Of a stretch of DNA of 64,000 nucleotides, positions 39,804 through 50,016 are shown in pieces. The position numbers and the translations under genes are program-made. The notes under the pieces were generated by a model. That model made no database searches and was not told the origin of the DNA. It saw nothing but the letters and a program-made list of their open reading frames with translations. Each line of letters begins with the position of its first letter. Positions within the stretch are counted from its first letter, which is position 1. The DNA is from an uncultured delta proteobacterium. GTDB lineage: Bacteria > Desulfobacterota > Desulfomonilia > UBA1062. The stretch spans positions 1 through 64,000 of the forward strand of contig CAWCTR010000021.1 of the NCBI GenBank assembly GCA_963798485.1, in the 5' to 3' direction.

Positions 39804-41603
39804 ATGGGTTATTCTGAAAAAAACGTGGCCGGCATTTTCCACAACAGGGCGGATCGTTATCAGTATGAGACATGCGTGCGGTACAAAAAAGACGGCAGAT
39901 ACACACCCATCAGCTGGAACGAGATGCAGAATATGGTTACCAAGGTTGGGCTGGGCCTCATCTCCCTGGGGGTAAATTCGCAAGATAAGGTCGGTATCTT
40001 TTCTGAAAACTGTTGGCAGTGGATTGTTGCAGACCTTGCAACGCTGTCCATTGGGGCAACTGATGCCCCCATCTATGCTACAAACTCCGGCGCAGAGGCT
40101 GCTTACATTATCAACGATTCAGGTACCAAGGTGATCTTCGTGTCGGACAAAGAGCACCTGGACAGGATACTATCCATTAAAAACCTGATTCCTCATCTTA
40201 AATATATCATTACCTTCGATCCAATTAAAACATCCGATGATGACATCATCAGTCTTGATGGTCTTATGCATCGAGGTGAGGCCGTGAAAGACAAATCAAT
40301 CTTCGAGAAGCGGATGAACGCGATCAATCCGGATAATCTCGCCACCCTCATCTATACATCCGGAACAACCGGCCAACCGAAGGGGGTTATGCTCACCCAC
40401 GGTAACTTTCACGCTAATGTGCTTCAAGCCTATGCATCACATTCTATGATCAACCACCAGGATGAGTCTCTTGCCTTGCTGCCGCTGAGCCATTCCCTTG
40501 GCAGGACTGTTTCACTCTATCTCATGATTCATATAGGTGCGGTCATCAATCTTGCCGAGAGCTTTGCCACTGTGCTCGAGAACATGCACGAAACCAGGCC
40601 AACCTTGATGGTAAGTGTGCCCAGACTCTTCGAGAAACTCTACTCCGGTATAAAGACAAAAACCGACAAGGCAACTCCTCTGAAAAAGAAGCTCTTTGAA
40701 TGGGCAATAACGGTCTCAGAGCGGGCTGTGGATTACCTTGTTCAGCACAAGCCCATGCCTCCCACCATCAAAATACAGTATGACATCGCCGAGGCCGTGG
40801 TCTTTTCAAAATTGCGAGCAACGCTTGGTCTGGACCGTATAAAGGTATTCATAAGCGGTGGAGGTGCCCTTGCTACTGAGATCGACCGATTCTTTAACGG
40901 GATAGGTGTTTCGGTACACAATGGCTATGGACTCACAGAAACGACACCTGTCACCAATGTGAACCGGTTTGATGTCTTTGAATTCGGTTCAGTCGGCCCT
41001 GCATTGCCGGATACACATGTCATGATCGCCCAGGACGGGGAGATCCTTATCAAAGGTCCCCAGGTAATGAAGGGATATTACAACAAACCCGACGATACCA
41101 AGTCGGTCTTTACACAAGACGGTTGGTTCATGACTGGGGATATAGGAAGAATTGATGAGCGAGGTTGTCTTTATATTACCGACCGCAAGAAAGACATCAT
41201 AGTCACGGCAGGCGGAAAAAACATCGCCCCACAGAATATCGAGAACACCCTTGTATCGGACCTTTTTATCGAACAGTCAGTCATAATTGGTGAAGGCAAG
41301 AAGTACCTCAGTGCATTGATCGTTCCGAACTTCAAGGAACTGAGTAACTATGCCAAAAAGCAGGGTATTTCCTTCGACTCGCCTGAAGACCTCGTTAAAA
41401 AGCCTGGGATTGTCTCTTTCTATAATGATAAGCTTAACATGCTGATGAAGGATTATGCCAGGGTGGAACAGATCCGCAGGTTCACTATTCTTCCAAAGGA
41501 ATTCAGCATTGAGACCGGCGAACTCACTCCAACACTCAAGATCAAGCGAAAGGTAGTCTCTCAGAACTTTGCCCATGAGATCGAGGGGATGTACAAGGGA
41601 TAG
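39804..41603 (+). CDS. Long-chain fatty acid-CoA ligase (paralogue of 12452-14263)
   Basis: Motifs YTSGTTGQPKG, GYGLTET, TGDIG, GGKNIAPQ.IE; AGGAGG RBS. Confidence 0.93.
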   Translation: MGYSEKNVAGIFHNRADRYQYETCVRYKKDGRYTPISWNEMQNMVTKVGLGLISLGVNSQDKVGIFSENCWQWIVADLATLSIGATDAPIYATNSGAEAAYIINDSGTKVIFVSDKEHLDRILSIKNLIPHLKYIITFDPIKTSDDDIISLDGLMHRGEAVKDKSIFEKRMNAINPDNLATLIYTSGTTGQPKGVMLTHGNFHANVLQAYASHSMINHQDESLALLPLSHSLGRTVSLYLMIHIGAVINLAESFATVLENMHETRPTLMVSVPRLFEKLYSGIKTKTDKATPLKKKLFEWAITVSERAVDYLVQHKPMPPTIKIQYDIAEAVVFSKLRATLGLDRIKVFISGGGALATEIDRFFNGIGVSVHNGYGLTETTPVTNVNRFDVFEFGSVGPALPDTHVMIAQDGEILIKGPQVMKGYYNKPDDTKSVFTQDGWFMTGDIGRIDERGCLYITDRKKDIIVTAGGKNIAPQNIENTLVSDLFIEQSVIIGEGKKYLSALIVPNFKELSNYAKKQGISFDSPEDLVKKPGIVSFYNDKLNMLMKDYARVEQIRRFTILPKEFSIETGELTPTLKIKRKVVSQNFAHEIEGMYKG

Positions 41604-41636
41604 TGATTAATTTTCCCCTTGCAATTTCATACTAAT

Positions 41637-41683
41637 GTCCTATATATAGTATGCTGTTAATATGATAACACTATATATAGTAT
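41637..41683 (+). promoter_or_regulatory. Tandem NrdR boxes
   Basis: GTCCTATATATAGTAT (41637-41652) and ACACTATATATAGTAT (41668-41683) start 31 nt apart upstream of nrdD, matching the acaCwAtATaTwGtg consensus. Confidence 0.88.
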
Positions 41684-41730
41684 TTGGCGAATAATCAATG
41701 TGAGTTTTACAATCCAAGGGGGAGAATTGT

Positions 41731-43944
41731 ATGTTCACCACCATCAAGAAGAGAAACGGTCGGGTAGTCACCTTTGATGCCTCCAAGATCACAGCAGCAA
41801 TAGCCAAGGCCGGGAGTGCCACCGGAGAGTTTGACGACAGCACGGCACACAAGCTTATGGTCAAGGTCCTGTCCATTGCTGAGCAGACCGTAGCCGACAT
41901 ACCCACAGTTGAGGAGATACAGGACATCGTGGAGGAGGTGCTTCTCCAGTCCATGCTCAAAAAGACTGCCAAGGCATATATAATCTACCGTGACCAGCAC
42001 GCAAAAATTCGCGAGATCAAGGCCGGTATGGGGGTGGATCTTATAGACCAGTATCTCGATAAGCTCGACTGGCAGGTGAACGAAAACAGCAACATGGCCT
42101 TTTCTCTCCAGGGTCTGAACAACTACCTATCCTCTGAGATCAGCAAGATTTACTGGCTTAACAAGATCTATCCTCCTGAAGTAAGAAATGCCCACTCCGG
42201 CGGGGATTTCCATATACACGACCTCAACATCATCAGCGTCTATTGCGTTGGATGGGACCTCTACGATCTCCTCGTCCAGGGTTTCAAGGGCGCAGCAGGC
42301 AAGGTTGAAAGCAAACCGGCCAAGCATTTTCGCACCGCTTTAGGGCAGATCGTAAACTTTTTTTACACCCTCCAGGGAGAGGCGGCAGGGGCCCAGGCCT
42401 TTTCCAACTTCGACACCCTACTGGCGCCCTTTATCCGATTTGACGGACTCGATTATATTCAGGTCAAGCAGGCCCTCCAGGAATTCATCTTTAACATCAA
42501 CGTGCCCACAAGGGTAGGCTTCCAGACCCCGTTCACGAACGTGACATTGGACCTTGATGTCCCGGCGCATTACAAGGACCAGGGTGTGGTAATCGGCGGC
42601 AAGCTCCAGGAAGCAACATACGGGGAATTCCAGACGGAAATGGACATGTTCAACCGTGCCTTTGTTGATGTGATGGCTGCCGGTGATGCCAAGGGCAGGG
42701 TGTTTACGTTCCCTATACCCACCTATAACATTACATCTGATTTCAACTGGGATAATCCGAATCTTGCCGGCCTGTGGGAAATGACTGCAAAATACGGGGT
42801 TCCCTATTTCTCCAATTTCATCAATTCCGATATGGACCCGGGTGATGCAAGGAGTATGTGCTGCAGGCTCAGGATCGACAATCGGGAACTGGTCAAGAGG
42901 GGAGGGGGTCTTTTCGGATCAAACCCGCTCACCGGCTCCATAGGGGTTGTAACTATCAACCTGCCGAGACTCGGATATCTTAGCACAAGCGAGACGGATT
43001 TTATGAGCAGACTCGAGGCACTTATCGATATCGCCAGTACAAGCCTTGAAATAAAACGAAAGGTATTGGAGAGCTTTACCCAGAGTAATCTATACCCGTA
43101 TACAAAACATTATCTTATGGGGATGAAACAGAAATTTGGTGAGTACTGGAAAAACCACTTCTCAACTATCGGCATTCTGGGCATGAACGAGGCCTGTGTG
43201 AATCTTTTCGGAAAAGATATCGGTACCGATCAGGGTCGAACCTTTGCGCTGAGGGTTTCTGATTTTATCAGGCATAAGCTGCTCCTCCTCCAGGAGATGA
43301 CGGGCAACAACTACAACTTTGAGGCCACGCCGGCTGAAGGGACATCATATCGAATGGCCCGGATCGACAAGAAGACCTTCCCTGACATCATCTGTGCCAA
43401 TGAAGATGCATATAGACAGGGCCATGAACCATACTACACGAACTCCTCACAGCTCCCGGTGAATTACACCGACGACATATTCGAGGCCTTGGATCTCCAG
43501 GATGAGATCCAGACCAAGTATACCGGTGGGACAGTCATGCATCTTTTCGCAGGTGAGCGCGTGGATGACCCGGAGGTGATTAAGCTCCTTGTAAAGAAGA
43601 TCTGTCTTGGTTACAAGATTCCCTACTTCACTTTCAGCCCGACCTTCAGCGTATGCCCGGGCCATGGATACCTTACGGGCAATCATGCTCAGTGTCCTGA
43701 CTGTGGTGAGACTACCGAGGTTTATTCACGTGTCGTAGGATATCTGAGGCCTGTGGCCCAGTGGAATAACGGCAAGAAAGAAGAGTTCCTCCAAAGGAAG
43801 TCCTTCAAGGTCGATAGGGCTATCCATGCTGAAGAGTTGGTGGCAAGCCAGGTATATAAGATACAAGCCTCCCAGCCGCATACTACACACGAAGCCTTAA
43901 GACCTTTTCCTGAAAATGAAGTGGATATTTTGAATCATCCTTGA
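41731..43944 (+). CDS. nrdD: Anaerobic (class III) ribonucleoside-triphosphate reductase with ATP cone
   Basis: N-terminal KRNG ATP cone, HIHDL, SMCCRL, EATPAE, Zn-binding CP.HG..CPDCG, glycyl-radical motif SRVVGYLRP. Confidence 0.96.
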   Translation: MFTTIKKRNGRVVTFDASKITAAIAKAGSATGEFDDSTAHKLMVKVLSIAEQTVADIPTVEEIQDIVEEVLLQSMLKKTAKAYIIYRDQHAKIREIKAGMGVDLIDQYLDKLDWQVNENSNMAFSLQGLNNYLSSEISKIYWLNKIYPPEVRNAHSGGDFHIHDLNIISVYCVGWDLYDLLVQGFKGAAGKVESKPAKHFRTALGQIVNFFYTLQGEAAGAQAFSNFDTLLAPFIRFDGLDYIQVKQALQEFIFNINVPTRVGFQTPFTNVTLDLDVPAHYKDQGVVIGGKLQEATYGEFQTEMDMFNRAFVDVMAAGDAKGRVFTFPIPTYNITSDFNWDNPNLAGLWEMTAKYGVPYFSNFINSDMDPGDARSMCCRLRIDNRELVKRGGGLFGSNPLTGSIGVVTINLPRLGYLSTSETDFMSRLEALIDIASTSLEIKRKVLESFTQSNLYPYTKHYLMGMKQKFGEYWKNHFSTIGILGMNEACVNLFGKDIGTDQGRTFALRVSDFIRHKLLLLQEMTGNNYNFEATPAEGTSYRMARIDKKTFPDIICANEDAYRQGHEPYYTNSSQLPVNYTDDIFEALDLQDEIQTKYTGGTVMHLFAGERVDDPEVIKLLVKKICLGYKIPYFTFSPTFSVCPGHGYLTGNHAQCPDCGETTEVYSRVVGYLRPVAQWNNGKKEEFLQRKSFKVDRAIHAEELVASQVYKIQASQPHTTHEALRPFPENEVDILNHP

Positions 43945-44325
43945 TTATTTTAGGGTTTGCGCGATGACTTCGCTGAGTTCTTCCATCTTGAACGGCTTCT
44001 TGATGACACCCTTGAAGCCGTATTCACTACAGTTTGACATAATCGGATCATTAGAATATCCGCTCGACACAATTGCCCTCACCGCTGGGTCAAGTTTAAT
44101 GAAATCCTGGATCACATCTTTGCCCCCCCGGCTTCCTGGTATGGTGAGGTCCATGATTACTGCCCCAAATGGGTTTCCACCCTGTATGGCGGCACTGTAT
44201 TTTTCAAGTGCCTCCTGCCCGGTCCTTGATAGTTCTACCTCGTATCCCAGGTACTCGAGCATGCTGCTCACAACATCAAGAATAAGCTCTTCATCATCCA
44301 TTATTAAAATGCGTGCCTTTGCCAT
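43945..44325 (-). CDS. Stand-alone response regulator receiver domain
   Basis: Motifs ILIMDDE, IMDLTIPG, VSSGYS, KKPF. Confidence 0.9.
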   Translation of the reverse strand: MAKARILIMDDEELILDVVSSMLEYLGYEVELSRTGQEALEKYSAAIQGGNPFGAVIMDLTIPGSRGGKDVIQDFIKLDPAVRAIVSSGYSNDPIMSNCSEYGFKGVIKKPFKMEELSEVIAQTLK

Positions 44326-44376
44326 GATAATAAAATCGTCCTTATGAAAAGATATCTTGAATGATATATGTATAAC

Positions 44377-45066
44377 ATGAAGATCGGTTATGTGCAAAAG
44401 ACATCATTTATCGACTATCCGGGTAAGATCAGTGCTGTCGTCTTCACTCAAGGCTGTAATTTTCAGTGCCCCTACTGCCATAACCCTGAGCTTGTAGACA
44501 CAGGCCGTTACGGTGATATCATCTTCATGGGGGATGTTTACACCTTTCTGGAAAGAAGGCGGGGAAAGCTCGATGCAGTAGTCATATCAGGCGGAGAACC
44601 CGCCTTACAACCAGACCTTATTGCCTTTTTGCAAAAGGTAAAATCAATGGGTTACCTGGTAAAACTTGATACCAATGGCTCAAGACCGAAAGTCATTCAA
44701 GAGGCCCTCAAGGAAAACGTTCTTGATTATATAGCAATGGACATCAAAGCACCTTGGGACAAGTATTCTCTTGTTGCGGGGTCTCTCGTGAATATAACAC
44801 ATATAAAGAAAAGCATTGCTTTGATTATGGCTTCGGGCATTGCTTACGAGTTCCGCACAACCATTGTTAATTCTCTGCTCCGCCCGGGAGATGTAATGAA
44901 CATAGCAAAGATGATCCAAGGTGCGCAATTATATGTACTCCAAAAATTTGTCCCTTCAAAGCATGTGGACCAGACATACATAAAGCAGTCATCTTTTACC
45001 GATAGAGAGATAGAAAATCTAATGTTAGAGCTTAGTCACCAGGTTAGAAGATGCATCTCCCGTTAA
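44377..45066 (+). CDS. nrdG: Anaerobic RNR activating radical SAM enzyme
   Basis: Motifs SFIDYPG, GCNFQCPYCHNP, SGGEP, KLDTNG, AMDIKAP, EFRTT. Confidence 0.92.
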   Translation: MKIGYVQKTSFIDYPGKISAVVFTQGCNFQCPYCHNPELVDTGRYGDIIFMGDVYTFLERRRGKLDAVVISGGEPALQPDLIAFLQKVKSMGYLVKLDTNGSRPKVIQEALKENVLDYIAMDIKAPWDKYSLVAGSLVNITHIKKSIALIMASGIAYEFRTTIVNSLLRPGDVMNIAKMIQGAQLYVLQKFVPSKHVDQTYIKQSSFTDREIENLMLELSHQVRRCISR

Positions 45067-45068
45067 TA

Positions 45069-46607
45069 TCATCCCTGAAATACTGACTTGACCTTATCAA
45101 TGAGGTCCTGTGGCAGGAAAGGCTTTGAGAGAAATACATACCCTTTAAGGTCGTCATCACTGATTACATCGCCTCCGTAACCGGACATGAGCATGATCTT
45201 GATGTGAGGCCAGATGGACCTTATCTTCCGGGAAAGCATTTTTCCATCAATTCTGCGCATGACCATGTCTGTGATGAGGAGGTCGATATGGCCTTCATAC
45301 TGACGTGCAAGTTGGAGTGCATCCCCACCGTTGCGGGCAGTCAAGATTACATGACCTTGCTGTTTGAGGATCTCACACACGAGGTCGCGAACCGTGTCAT
45401 CATCTTCGACAATAAGAATCGTCTTGAATTCTGAAGGGAATACTTCAGGTTTTGTCTGGCTTGTTTGAATATGAACGGCGCTGTCGGCCTCACGGGAAGA
45501 AAAGGGGAACAGTATGGAGAAGGTGGTGCCTGATCCAGGCTCAGTGTCTACTACAATAAACCCTCGTGCTGCACTGACAATGTTATGGGCTGTCCACAAG
45601 CCAATACCCTTGCCACACTCACGGGTCGAGAAGAAGGGGTCGAATATCTGACGTCTGACCTCTTCTGTCATACCTTCTCCTGTGTCCTTGACAGTGAGGC
45701 GCATGTAATCCCCATGGGGAACCTGATGGTATGCATGCTCATTTGCTGAATTGACGGTTATGCAGTCGGTTCCGATGGTAATTTCCCCGCCCTTTGGCAT
45801 AGCCTCCTTGGCATTGACGGTCAGGTTGATGAGCAGGTTGCTGAAAGTGGAAGGCTCTATCGTTACCGGTGCAAGATCTGCAGATATTTCAAAGTTCACT
45901 GTAATATTTTCCCCGATTACATGCCTAATAATGCTCTCTTGGTTTATGATTTCAGTATTGACATCAAGTGGCTTTGCCTCAGCCTTGTTCCTCCTACTGA
46001 AGTCCAGCATCCTGTTGGTAAGGACCGATGCCTGTTTGCCTGCTAAGCATATCTGGCTGACTTTGTGGTATAAAGGATTATGCTCGTCAATGGACATCTT
46101 CATGATCTCAGAATACCCATTTATAACAGTGAGCAGGTTGTTGAAGTCATGGGCGAATCCACCCGCAATCTGGGCAAGGATCTCAACGCTTGCAGAATGC
46201 AGCAAATTCTGCTCCTGGACCTTTTGATCGATCATATTAAGGGCCTGGTAATGGAACATGACAACCTTGCCATCTTTGATAATGGGCCGGCCGCTGATGA
46301 GGAAATACATTACATGACCTTCACTTGAGGTCATGCGAAGCTCATACCTTACTTCCTTTTTTTCCGATATACTCTGCTTCCAGAGTTCTAGTACCTTTAG
46401 CCTGTCATCCTTGTGTATGAATTCCAGGAAGTTTCTCCCAATCACAGAATTTTTATCGTGTGCCTGGCCGAAGAACATCTCGAGTGATCGCTTATTCACT
46501 TTCTTGAGTATACCGTTTTCATCGGTAACAGCCGATATTGCTGTTGAGTTCTCAAAAAGGTCCTCGAAGAAGGTGTCATTAAATTCATTGTTGTATGCCA
46601 TGTTCAT
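45069..46607 (-). CDS. Cytoplasmic hybrid sensor kinase (PAS-HisKA-HATPase-REC)
   Basis: Motifs AHDFNNLL, NAKEAM, DTGEGM, FDPFFST, receiver IVEDD / ITDMVM / SKPF. Confidence 0.92.
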   Translation of the reverse strand: MNMAYNNEFNDTFFEDLFENSTAISAVTDENGILKKVNKRSLEMFFGQAHDKNSVIGRNFLEFIHKDDRLKVLELWKQSISEKKEVRYELRMTSSEGHVMYFLISGRPIIKDGKVVMFHYQALNMIDQKVQEQNLLHSASVEILAQIAGGFAHDFNNLLTVINGYSEIMKMSIDEHNPLYHKVSQICLAGKQASVLTNRMLDFSRRNKAEAKPLDVNTEIINQESIIRHVIGENITVNFEISADLAPVTIEPSTFSNLLINLTVNAKEAMPKGGEITIGTDCITVNSANEHAYHQVPHGDYMRLTVKDTGEGMTEEVRRQIFDPFFSTRECGKGIGLWTAHNIVSAARGFIVVDTEPGSGTTFSILFPFSSREADSAVHIQTSQTKPEVFPSEFKTILIVEDDDTVRDLVCEILKQQGHVILTARNGGDALQLARQYEGHIDLLITDMVMRRIDGKMLSRKIRSIWPHIKIMLMSGYGGDVISDDDLKGYVFLSKPFLPQDLIDKVKSVFQG

Positions 46608-46700
46608 GTGCCCCCGAATTAGTTAATGGAGTTCCGGGCAGATTATTTCATATTTTGACCTAATGATAATATCGGCATGCCTCAGAGGGAAGATAAGATA

Positions 46701-48956
46701 TTATGAAAGGGCTTCCTCGAGGATCTGGGAAAGTTCGTTTAAGTTAAACGGCTTGTTCAATCTTGCTACAATCAAAGGGTTTGAGAAAAAATCTTGTTTT
46801 TCGTGCTCGAATGAGAAGCCCGATGAGATGATGACCCTTGTATCTATCTTGTGCTTCTCCATTTCCACAAGTGTGTGATAACCGTCAAGCCCGGGCATAA
46901 TCATGTCAAGGATGATGAGGTCAAATCCCTTTGTGTCATTTTTGAGGATCTCCATGCATTCGTACCCATTGCATGCAGTCTCAACAGAATGACCTAACAG
47001 ATTAAGCATATCTTTTCCAATGTCCCTGAGCATTTCCTCATCATCAACAATCAGAATCCTCGCTTGTTGTTTGGACATGCCTTGGGAAACCTTATACTCT
47101 GCAGGAAGAGCCTTTTCTTTCTGCTTGGATATCGGCAATAAGACGCTGAAAGTCGATCCCTTGCCCTCAGCAGAGCTCACCTGGATTCCCCCTCCGGAAT
47201 TTTTGATAATATTATAAGCGATAGAAAGACCAAGCCCAGTGCCCTTGTCCGGACCTTTCTGTTTGGTGCTGAAAAACGGATCGAAGATCTTGGATAGGAT
47301 CTCGTGATTCATGCCGATCCCGTTATCTTTAACTTCGATGTGTGCATACTTGCCGATGGAACCCAGGAGAAACTGTCTTTTGGAATCTTTATCTACATGG
47401 ATCTGACTCATAGATATCGCAATCAGACCCTCCTGATTATCACCGATGGCATCCTTGGCATTTACAATCAGATTGAGCAGCACCTGAGTAAGATGTGTAT
47501 GGTCTATAAATACGGCATAATCTTTTCCATTTGTCTTACAATCGATCTTGATGTTCTTGGGGATCGACTTTATTGACATATCAATGACTTCTCGGATAAC
47601 CTGGTTCAGAGAGATATGCTCAGGTTTGCCTTCATGCCTCTTGGTGAAGACAAGCATTTGCTGGGTGAGATCCCGGGCACGCTCGGCAATATTCTCCAGG
47701 GTATTGATGTAATGGCCCCTCTTTTTATCATCAGTAGTGTATTTCAGCATGGAGATATTGCCGGTAATCCCTGTCAGGATGTTGTTGAAGTCATGAGCCA
47801 CACCCCCTGCCAACTCGCCGATAGTCTCCATCTTCTGTGCATGGATGAGCTGAAGCTCCATGTGTTTTTTATCCGTGATATCAACAGCGGTAAATACAAT
47901 CCCACCCAGGGAAGGATTTGTCAGCGGATATATATTTATATCAAACACATCATTTGAATTATCAGAAAGTGTTTTTTCATGAAGAAACTGCGGTGTGCGT
48001 TCCTTCTGAACCTCATGGATAAGCCTCTGAAAGGATGCCATCTGAGGGCTCAGGGATGATAGATTATTACCGATCATGGCTGAGGCCGGCTTATGGAAGA
48101 TCCTCTCAGTAATGGGGTTGGCCATCTGGACCTTTCCCGTACAGTCAAGGCATATGATCATATTCGGGCTTGACTCGAAAATGCTGCTCAAGAGGTTCTT
48201 AAGGTCTTCAATAGTATGTTGTGCACTTTTAAGAGAAGAAATCTCTTGTGCATTATACTGCACCTCTTCGATTTTTCCACCTCTTCGCAACACACTCCCG
48301 CTTGCAAGGAGATATATGGTTATACCATCTTTTGTAAGTGCCCTGAGCTCTAATCTCGGTGTCTGGCCTTCCAGGAGATGTTGCCAGAATTGTATATAGG
48401 TGAGCCGGTCATCAGGGTGTGCAATGACCAGGATGCTTTTGCCGATGAGTTCGGTCCTTGAATAGCCTGAGATCTCTTCAACCTTTTTATTCAGCCTCTT
48501 GATATAACCATAAGCATCCGTGGTCAGGATAAGCTCATTTGCGTTTTCAAAAAGGGCCTCGAACCGCTCCCTGTTCTGGCGGAGCTGTTCTTCAAGCCTT
48601 TTCCTCTTGGTGATGTCGTTCACCAGCCCGCAAAACCCGATAATATTAAGGTCATTGTCACGAAGAAGGCTGATAGTATTTTCAATGACTTTCCTGGTAT
48701 TGTTTCTTAGAATGATCTCGTATTCTACCCTTTGGGGAATACCGGTCTGGTAAACCTTGTTGAAGGTCTTATAGACACGCCTTGAGGTGGCCTTGGTGGT
48801 GTAATCCATATAGTTCATCCCGATGATTTTGTCTTCGGGCAATTCGGCTATCTTGCAGACGATTTTGTTTACAAATTTGAAGGTTCCTGTAAGGTCAATC
48901 TCGTAGTAACCTTCCTCCATGTCTTCAAGGATCTGCCTGTATAGCATATCAGCCAT
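46701..48956 (-). CDS. Cytoplasmic hybrid sensor kinase with three PAS domains
   Basis: Motifs QKMETIGELAGGVAHDFNN, DNGIGM, GTGLGL, receiver IVDDE / ILDMIMP. Confidence 0.92.
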   Translation of the reverse strand: MADMLYRQILEDMEEGYYEIDLTGTFKFVNKIVCKIAELPEDKIIGMNYMDYTTKATSRRVYKTFNKVYQTGIPQRVEYEIILRNNTRKVIENTISLLRDNDLNIIGFCGLVNDITKRKRLEEQLRQNRERFEALFENANELILTTDAYGYIKRLNKKVEEISGYSRTELIGKSILVIAHPDDRLTYIQFWQHLLEGQTPRLELRALTKDGITIYLLASGSVLRRGGKIEEVQYNAQEISSLKSAQHTIEDLKNLLSSIFESSPNMIICLDCTGKVQMANPITERIFHKPASAMIGNNLSSLSPQMASFQRLIHEVQKERTPQFLHEKTLSDNSNDVFDINIYPLTNPSLGGIVFTAVDITDKKHMELQLIHAQKMETIGELAGGVAHDFNNILTGITGNISMLKYTTDDKKRGHYINTLENIAERARDLTQQMLVFTKRHEGKPEHISLNQVIREVIDMSIKSIPKNIKIDCKTNGKDYAVFIDHTHLTQVLLNLIVNAKDAIGDNQEGLIAISMSQIHVDKDSKRQFLLGSIGKYAHIEVKDNGIGMNHEILSKIFDPFFSTKQKGPDKGTGLGLSIAYNIIKNSGGGIQVSSAEGKGSTFSVLLPISKQKEKALPAEYKVSQGMSKQQARILIVDDEEMLRDIGKDMLNLLGHSVETACNGYECMEILKNDTKGFDLIILDMIMPGLDGYHTLVEMEKHKIDTRVIISSGFSFEHEKQDFFSNPLIVARLNKPFNLNELSQILEEALS

Positions 48957-49080
48957 GATGGTACCTTCGTGTTGAGTATCGGAGATTTCTGAATGAAACT
49001 TAACATATCAGATCCTTTATCAATATACCATATTTGATTTTCGATTCATGACCAAATGTGTTACATGCCGATAGAAAGCC

Positions 49081-50016
49081 ATGGGATTATCATTACAGCA
49101 CATGAACAGCAGACCGCTCATCCGAAAGATATTCCAGCACATGCATGGTGTCTTTCTTGGTCAGGACACAGTCTTGACCTGCGTCCTTTGTGCGCTTCTT
49201 TCAAAGGGACATGTGCTTCTGGAAGGTGTGCCGGGGGTTGGCAAGACCCTCATCGCCATTTCATTATCCCAGCTTCTCCATCTGAGCTTTAAACGCATTC
49301 AATTTACCAATGACATGCTCCCATCCGATGTCACGGGGTTCCATATGTTCAGAAACTGCTCAGAGGATCTCGATATGATAAAAGGCCCGATATTTGCCAG
49401 CATTGTCCTTGCTGATGAAATCAACAGGACTTCCCCAAAGACACAATCTGCACTCCTGGAGGCGATGCAGGAATCACAGGTGACCATTGATGGTATAACC
49501 TACACGCTTCCTGATCCGTTCATGGTAATAGCAACACAGAACCCTGCCGAGGTGGTCGGCACGTTCCCTTTGCCGGAAAGCCAGCTGGACAGGTTCCTTA
49601 TCAAGGCAAATGTCGGATATCCGCCCATAGAGTATGAGACAGAGATCCTTAGAAAAGATATTGATCATGCAGATGCATTGAAGTTGAGCCCCATTATGGA
49701 TCAGCAGGAAATACTGGCCATGATTGAAGCTGCTTCTCAAGTAAAGGTCCATGCAGATATCCTTTCCTACATCACGAAGTTGGTACGCGCCACCAGGGTA
49801 CACCCTGATGTGGAACTAGGGGTCTCCCCTCGGGGTGGCCTGGCACTGAAGCGGGCGTCCCAGGCCTGGGCCTTTATCGATGGCAGGGACTATGTGACCC
49901 CAGGTGATATAAGGAGTATTGCCCCCCATGTTCTTCAACACCGGATCGTCTCAAAGAACGGTGCAGCCGGGAACATTATTGAGAACGTACTCGATGAGGT
50001 TAAGATCCCTGTCTAA
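49081..50016 (+). CDS. MoxR-family AAA+ ATPase
   Basis: Motifs GVPGVGKT, RIQFT.D.LPSD, DEINR..PKTQSALLEAM, ATQNP, LPESQLDRF. Confidence 0.95.
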   Translation: MGLSLQHMNSRPLIRKIFQHMHGVFLGQDTVLTCVLCALLSKGHVLLEGVPGVGKTLIAISLSQLLHLSFKRIQFTNDMLPSDVTGFHMFRNCSEDLDMIKGPIFASIVLADEINRTSPKTQSALLEAMQESQVTIDGITYTLPDPFMVIATQNPAEVVGTFPLPESQLDRFLIKANVGYPPIEYETEILRKDIDHADALKLSPIMDQQEILAMIEAASQVKVHADILSYITKLVRATRVHPDVELGVSPRGGLALKRASQAWAFIDGRDYVTPGDIRSIAPHVLQHRIVSKNGAAGNIIENVLDEVKIPV

